Origin: Candidatus Peribacterales bacterium
GTDB taxonomy: Bacteria; Patescibacteriota; Gracilibacteria; Peribacterales; Peribacteraceae
DNA: 64,000 nt
NCBI GenBank assembly: GCA_035289645.1
Contig: DATDWL010000012.1
Coordinates: 1,818 to 65,817 of the forward strand
Reading direction: 5' to 3'
In this document: in pieces, positions 59,330 to 64,000 of the stretch
Position numbering within the stretch: position 1 is the first letter of the stretch
How the letters are laid out: each line of letters opens with the position of its first letter
Notes under the pieces: model-generated
Told to the model about the DNA's origin: nothing
Database searches by the model: none
The model's input: the letters and a program-made list of their open reading frames with translations, nothing else
Translations under genes and position numbers: made by a program

Positions 59330-60868
59330 ATGAAAGCAGAATCTCATCAGGCAACACAAGGAGAAGATCTAAGCCGCTCATCACTCAGCATTCTCTGCTG
59401 CGTGTTTGTTCTTCTTACATCCTTCTTCACATACTTCTTCCACTACGATCAGCCCCAAGCGCCATTCTGGGACGAAAACTACTACATTACGGATGCCGAG
59501 AGGATTTTGAATGGCGTGTTTTTCATGCAGATTCATCCACCGCTCGGCAAATTACTCATTGCTGCCGGAGAGGCAATATTTGACCCCAATGAGAGTGATG
59601 CGCAGTTTTTAGAAACAGAACATGCGGGGGAATTCCCCCAAGATTTTTCGTTTGTTGGATACCGATTTTTTCCCGCACTCCTCGGATGGCTCACCGTTCC
59701 CCTCTTCTTCCTGTGCCTCCTGCTTTTAACGCGGAATCCCCTTGTCGCAACGCTCCTCTCGTTCCTCATTATTTTTGATAATGCACTCCTCGTCCATAGC
59801 CGGGGCGCCATGCTGGATGCTCCGCTGCATTTCTTCTTTGTGCTCACTTGCCTCCTGTTTCTCCTCCTTGTTCATACGAAGAACCGGAGCAAAATTTTCC
59901 TGTGGCTCTCCGGCGGCCTTGGCATCAGCATCGGTCTTGCTGTAGCAACAAAGATGAACGGAGCTATCCTCTTCTTGTTCTTCCCTGCACTCCTCTGGCA
60001 CCTGCGAAGAGAATGGAAATCCGCACTTGCAACATGCGTTCTTAGCGGCAGCGCACTTTTGATTGCATTCATGGGCGTCTGGTATGTACACCTCAGCCGC
60101 ATGGAAATCATTCGTCCTGCACTGCGGGATAGCGGTTGGTACACGGCTTCGGAAGAATATAAGGAAATTCTGCAGCAAGGCGCTCAACGCTCGCTCCTCG
60201 CATTCCCCATCATGCTTCGCGATCATCTGCAGTACGCGCCATTCTACAATCAAGGAATCCCCAAGTTGGATCTTTGCAAACCCGATGAGAACGGCAGCCC
60301 TGTGTTTCTCTGGCCGTTTGGCGTCAGCACCATTAACTATCGGTGGGCGTCGGCTGGTGAAAATACGTATCGCTACCTTTACCTCGTTCCAAATCCTGCC
60401 ATATGGTTTGTGGGACTTATGGGAATTCTTCTCTCTGCCGCATTCCTCCTCTCCCCTCTCTTCGGAGCGAAGCGCTCATTGTATGTTGATCGTGAACGAG
60501 CATTCATTGGCACTGTATTCCTGATGATCTATATGGGATACGTCGCAACGTTCAGCATGATGGACCGCGTCCACTTCCTCTATAGCTACTTCCCGGCGCT
60601 CATCATAAGTTTCCTACTCTTTGGCATCGTCTTCTCCTCCGTACGGGCAATCGGCTCCTTCCACTTCACAGAGGAGCGAAAAACCCTCGTCGCCATGTTC
60701 CTTGCCTGCCTCATTTTCCTCTGCTTCCAAATCTATCGCCCATTCACCTATTACGAACCGATCACGAATGATGCCGTAAAAAATCGATCGATCCTCAGGC
60801 TCTGGAACCTCCATTGCGTTGGGTGCGAAAAGCCAAGCTCAATCGTGCGACATCAGTGTGATGCATGA
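59330..60868 (+). CDS. GT39/PMT-family (dolichyl-phosphate-mannose-protein mannosyltransferase-like) membrane glycosyltransferase
   Basis: More than 10 TM helices. First-loop motif FWDENYYITDAERIL..IHPPLGKLLIA resembles the DE-containing loop 1 of the PMT/ArnT-type GT-C fold. Confidence 0.7.
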   Translation: MKAESHQATQGEDLSRSSLSILCCVFVLLTSFFTYFFHYDQPQAPFWDENYYITDAERILNGVFFMQIHPPLGKLLIAAGEAIFDPNESDAQFLETEHAGEFPQDFSFVGYRFFPALLGWLTVPLFFLCLLLLTRNPLVATLLSFLIIFDNALLVHSRGAMLDAPLHFFFVLTCLLFLLLVHTKNRSKIFLWLSGGLGISIGLAVATKMNGAILFLFFPALLWHLRREWKSALATCVLSGSALLIAFMGVWYVHLSRMEIIRPALRDSGWYTASEEYKEILQQGAQRSLLAFPIMLRDHLQYAPFYNQGIPKLDLCKPDENGSPVFLWPFGVSTINYRWASAGENTYRYLYLVPNPAIWFVGLMGILLSAAFLLSPLFGAKRSLYVDRERAFIGTVFLMIYMGYVATFSMMDRVHFLYSYFPALIISFLLFGIVFSSVRAIGSFHFTEERKTLVAMFLACLIFLCFQIYRPFTYYEPITNDAVKNRSILRLWNLHCVGCEKPSSIVRHQCDA

Positions 60869-61001
60869 GGTCGGGTGGAAATTCTAAGCAATAAGCACTA
60901 CGTTCTAAAACAGTTTAGTGCTTAGAATTTAAGATTTAGGGCTCCCATGCTCATTTTTTGAAACAAAAAAATTGACTCTCAATCAGACTTGATTAGAGTG
61001 A

Positions 61002-61406
61002 ATGACTATGGAGGATCGTTCTATGCCAAGAAATCGGCTGGGAAAGTACTTTGCAAAACTGGATGGATTACAAAAACCTGATGAAGATCCCAACGATTCA
61101 TTCCCGCCATATCAGTCCGATGATATCAATCATTGGCATGATAACCATGAGCCACCACCGCCACCAGAATCTCCGCCCGCACTTCTCACAACTAAGAGAG
61201 ATCTATTATTCATTCGTACAGCCATTATTGCTGTGCTTATCGGTATCGGATTTCTTGGTCCATGTGGGGCACAATTTTGTGTGCGCCAAAAACAAATGAG
61301 AGTGAAAGCAGAAAAAGACCTCATGGGACAAGGTAAGTTGATTGATCAGTTGCGTGAAAGGGTGAAGTCGCTCGAGGAGGAACTACGAGACGCTAAAAAA
61401 AAATGA
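61002..61406 (+). CDS. Hypothetical single-pass membrane protein with C-terminal coiled coil
   Basis: Pro-rich segment, TM IIAVLIGIGFLG, then KLIDQLRERVKSLEEELRDAKKK. Confidence 0.4.
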   Translation: MTMEDRSMPRNRLGKYFAKLDGLQKPDEDPNDSFPPYQSDDINHWHDNHEPPPPPESPPALLTTKRDLLFIRTAIIAVLIGIGFLGPCGAQFCVRQKQMRVKAEKDLMGQGKLIDQLRERVKSLEEELRDAKKK

Positions 61407-61464
61407 TTGTCGGCTCATCCAGGAATCGAACATCAAAAATAGGTACAACAAAAAAGCCCTTCAT

Positions 61465-61578
61465 CTTGGCGGCGGCCTACTCTGGCGTGACGCATATCAC
61501 ACTACCATCGGCGCTCCCGGGCTTAACTGCCGTGTTCGGGATGGGAACGGGTGTACCCCCGGGGCTAAAACCACCAAG
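61465..61578 (-). rRNA. rrf: 5S rRNA
   Basis: The reverse complement reads CTTGGTGG..CCCGTTCCCATCCCGAACACGGCAGTTAAGCCC..GCGCCGATGGTAGT..GCCAGAGTAGGCCGCCGCCAAG, with paired termini. Confidence 0.9.
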
Positions 61579-61888
61579 ATAAAGGGCTTTGAACATCTAT
61601 TATAAAGAGGACAACCCCGCACCGGCATCCGCCTAGACGGACGACCGGTGCGAAGCAAATGTCCACATACTGCTTGCCTTACGACACATGAACAGCGATT
61701 TCCGTGCACACCCTCCTCCATTTACCCGAAGGCAAACGAAGAAGAGTAAAAGAAATGTCCTTGCTTTGAAAATCAAAGCAATCGCCCGTTCGTACTCCTA
61801 AGCTCAACACCTTGCGGTGCGTACACCTTGGAGCCGATCTAGCTCGTATTCTTCGAGCGGGCTTATGGGGAAAACTGATCTTGGGAGG

Positions 61889-61940
<52 letters not shown>

Positions 61941-62052
61941 TGCAATGCCACTGACGTGACAACAGGTACACCAGCGGTTCGTCCACTCCGGTCCTCTCGT
62001 ACTAGGAGCAGGTTCCCGCAGTTTTCCAAACGATAACGGAAGGTAGAGGCCA

Positions 62053-62097
<45 letters not shown>

Positions 62098-62110
62098 TGG
62101 CGAACAGCCA

Positions 62111-62169
<59 letters not shown>

Positions 62170-63052
62170 GCGCCGTCGCTGTGGGCGCTTGGGCGCGATA
62201 AGCCTGTTATCCCTAGCGTAACTTTTATCCGATGAGCGACAACCCACCCACGTGGTAAGAGCACAATAAATTATGCTCAGGTTGCCGGATCACTTTCGCC
62301 CGCTTTCGCGGCTGCTCGGCTCGTTGGCCTTACAGTGAGGCTGACTTGTGCGAATACACTTTCGCGCCGATTTCCATCCGGCGTAAGTCAACCATTGCGC
62401 GCCTCCGTTACTTTTTAGGAGGCAACCGCCCCAGTCAAACTACCCAGTAAGCACTGTCCTGCGGCATGTTTCATACACACAGTGAGAATCATCGGAACAC
62501 AAGGGTGGTATCTCAAGGTTGGCTCCACCCCGACCAAAGCCGGAGCTTCAAAGCCTCCCACCTATCCTGCGCAAGCAAACCAATGACTCAATGCCAACTT
62601 ATAGTAAAGCTGCATAGGGTCTTTTCGCCTTTCCGTTATGTGCACGGCATTTTTACCGTGTTTGCAATTTCACCGGGACTCGCGTCGAGACAGTGACCAG
62701 ACCGTTATACCATTCGTGCGGGTCGGAACTTCATTTCGTGTGGGAAACCTACGGTTTCCCCCACGGGCCCCCTTCCCTAACAAAGTATCGCTCCAGCGCG
62801 GCAGAGCCGCGCTTCGCGATGTCCTTTATATTGAAGTGGACTCGTAGGTTCCTTCCGGTGGCGAACCGGAAACTCAGGATCAAACCTGATCGCACATGAC
62901 GCCTGAAAGTGTCATCCCGAGTGATTTTGCGGAGCAAAATCGTATCGAGGGACACCTGACGATTGTTTTTTAATGAGCGCTCGATTGCGCACTCCCCTCT
63001 GTCGTCAGAGGGATCGGACTATATCATCATCCTTATAAGTGTCATCCTGCCT

Positions 63053-63088
63053 GCCCGGCGTAGTTCCGCAGCGCGGGACGAAGACGGG
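63053..63088. repeat. Hairpin module copy 1 (GYCSGSCGTAG-hairpin-CGAAGNYGG)
   Basis: GCCCGGCGTAG-TTCCGCAGCGCGGGA-CGAAGACGGG. Confidence 0.6.
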
Positions 63089-63178
63089 AGTAGCCCGAAT
63101 CCGCCTAAGCGGACGAGGGCGTAACGAAGGATGTTCCTTCATTTAGGACGCGTCGCGTGTAGTCTCTGAGGAGCCCAA

Positions 63179-63394
63179 TTATTCATTCCGTCCATTATAG
63201 CTAGGATGCTCATAAGGATGCTTTTTGTGCATCAATTCATGAATCCTTTTTCTCTCAGATTCGGTAATTTCATCATCTGAGATATCTTCTAAACGGAACA
63301 GTTCATTATACTCACTATTAGTAATGTATTCTGACCCCAAAGCTTTAATGTCTTCATCAGACATGTACCCTGGTTTCTTTTCCATATCTTTCAT
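63179..63394 (-). CDS. Intron-borne small acidic ORF, function unknown
   Basis: 71-aa ORF in a visibly AT-rich patch inside the intervening sequence. No LAGLIDADG, GIY-YIG, HNH or His-Cys motif visible. Confidence 0.3.
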   Translation of the reverse strand: MKDMEKKPGYMSDEDIKALGSEYITNSEYNELFRLEDISDDEITESERKRIHELMHKKHPYEHPSYNGRNE

Positions 63395-63778
63395 AGTGAG
63401 ATTTGGGAATAAATAATGGTTTCCTGCTGATTGTCCGCAGCAGACGGATTATCACTAAACACATTATACACTTAAATGTAATAATATGTCAAGTACCGCT
63501 GCATACTCGGATATTCCAGCATATAGCGACGTTTTGCACTGTTTATATGAATGGCCTGATGCGCATGATCTGGTGATCGATGCGACCCCGCCTCCGCCTG
63601 AGCGCAGTTTATCCTGAGCTTGTCGAAGGAGCGGGCAGGCAACGGACTGATTCATCCCGCATTCGCGGGACAGTTCGACTTACATTAGGTTGGCAAAAAA
63701 TGCAGTTGAAATGAAAGAGATCATCGCGGAATCGTCCGTGATATTCCCCGTGTCTCACGGGGAAGACTCGTACCCTTG

Positions 63779-63814
63779 TCCGCCGTAGCCCCGCATGTGC
63801 GGGGCGAAGGTGGA
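63779..63814. repeat. Hairpin module copy 2
   Basis: GTCCGCCGTAG-CCCCGCATGTGCGGGG-CGAAGGTGG. Confidence 0.6.
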
Positions 63815-63873
63815 AAAAACACATTCTGAAAATTCCTCAGTGCTGATTCTTTCGAACCATTCGGGCAAGTATT

Positions 63874-63921
63874 GCCTCGGCGTAGTCTCGGCATCACGAA
63901 GTGATGACGGACGAAGCCGGG
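63874..63921. repeat. Hairpin module copy 3
   Basis: GCCTCGGCGTAG-TCTCGGCATCACGAAGTGATGACGGA-CGAAGCCGGG. Confidence 0.6.
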
Positions 63922-63927
63922 CCGACC

Positions 63928-63947
63928 ACCCGACAAGGAATTTCGCT
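63928..63947 (-). rRNA. rrl: 20-nt 23S micro-exon (E. coli 1932-1951 equivalent)
   Basis: Minus strand AGCGAAATTCCTTGTCGGGT is identical to the E. coli block containing U1939. Confidence 0.8.
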
Positions 63948-64000
63948 CATCGATGTTACAACCTATTTTCATAGGTGCGTCAACATTTCTGTTAACGTCT
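63948..64000 (-). other. 3' end of a second intervening sequence at 23S site L1931 (extends beyond window)
   Basis: Sequence upstream of AGCGAAATTCC (..AACATCGATG) does not match the expected CCTAAGGT. The element ends in G (63948). Confidence 0.6.

Larger units (their letters stand above)
62732..63927 (-). other. 1196-nt intervening sequence (candidate group I intron) at 23S site L1951
   Basis: Flanked by exon ..CCTTGTCGGGT (ends at 63928) and AAGTTCCGACC (starts at 62731). The element ends in G (62732). GCCCGA at 63861-63866 (minus sense) can pair with exon TCGGGT. Confidence 0.7.

Noticed and set aside
60879-60930. Hairpin TAAGCACTA..TAGTGCTTA after the GT39 gene, considered as a terminator.
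   Set aside because: The loop is 15 nt, the left arm contains a duplicated TAAGCA that makes the pairing ambiguous, and no clear T-run follows. It is too weak to call.
63464-63972. ORFs 63464-63655, 63609-63824 and 63721-63972 inside the 23S insert.
   Set aside because: Their translations (for example ..LLRQAQDKLRSGGGG..) are read-throughs of the palindromic repeat boxes. They overlap each other in different frames and show no start or SD context.

Overview
Gene-dense bacterial fragment that reads in the standard genetic code, since TGA, TAA and TAG all close well-conserved genes. Most of it is housekeeping: pilT, trmD, rny, rsmG, rpiB, rpe, purM, dprA, mltG, ybaB, pepP, glyQS, hisS and gyrB. 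A 20-gene ribosomal-protein/secY operon sits on the minus strand at 43.7-54.2 kb. The 3' end of an rRNA operon (5S plus a partial 23S) lies at 61.4-64 kb. Three things point to a Candidate Phyla Radiation / Patescibacteria-type genome, as an inference only: no L30 between rpsE and rplO, interrupted rRNA, and many small surface or cell-wall genes. There are no CRISPR arrays, transposases or integrases. The most unusual signals are these. (1) The 23S gene is split by two intervening sequences at the classical group I intron sites L1931 and L1951, leaving a 20-nt micro-exon. (2) A ~160-bp element with perfect 15-bp terminal inverted repeats sits in frame inside an otherwise conserved beta-CASP RNase gene, and it shares sequence boxes with repeats in the 23S intron. 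(3) A heptad-periodic inverted repeat occupies an abnormal 155-bp spacer between rplB and rpsS. (4) DNA-handling envelope proteins are present: a 1221-aa protein with five lamin-tail domains, a PKD-like segment, a staphylococcal-nuclease domain and a sortase-like signal; and an orphan TraD/VirD4-like ATPase directly downstream of an EEP nuclease, close to dprA. (5) A catalytically degenerate FtsE-like ABC protein is translationally coupled to purM, followed by a coupled methyltransferase / PLP-enzyme pair. All calls come from reading the sequence and ORF translations by eye; no searches were run.
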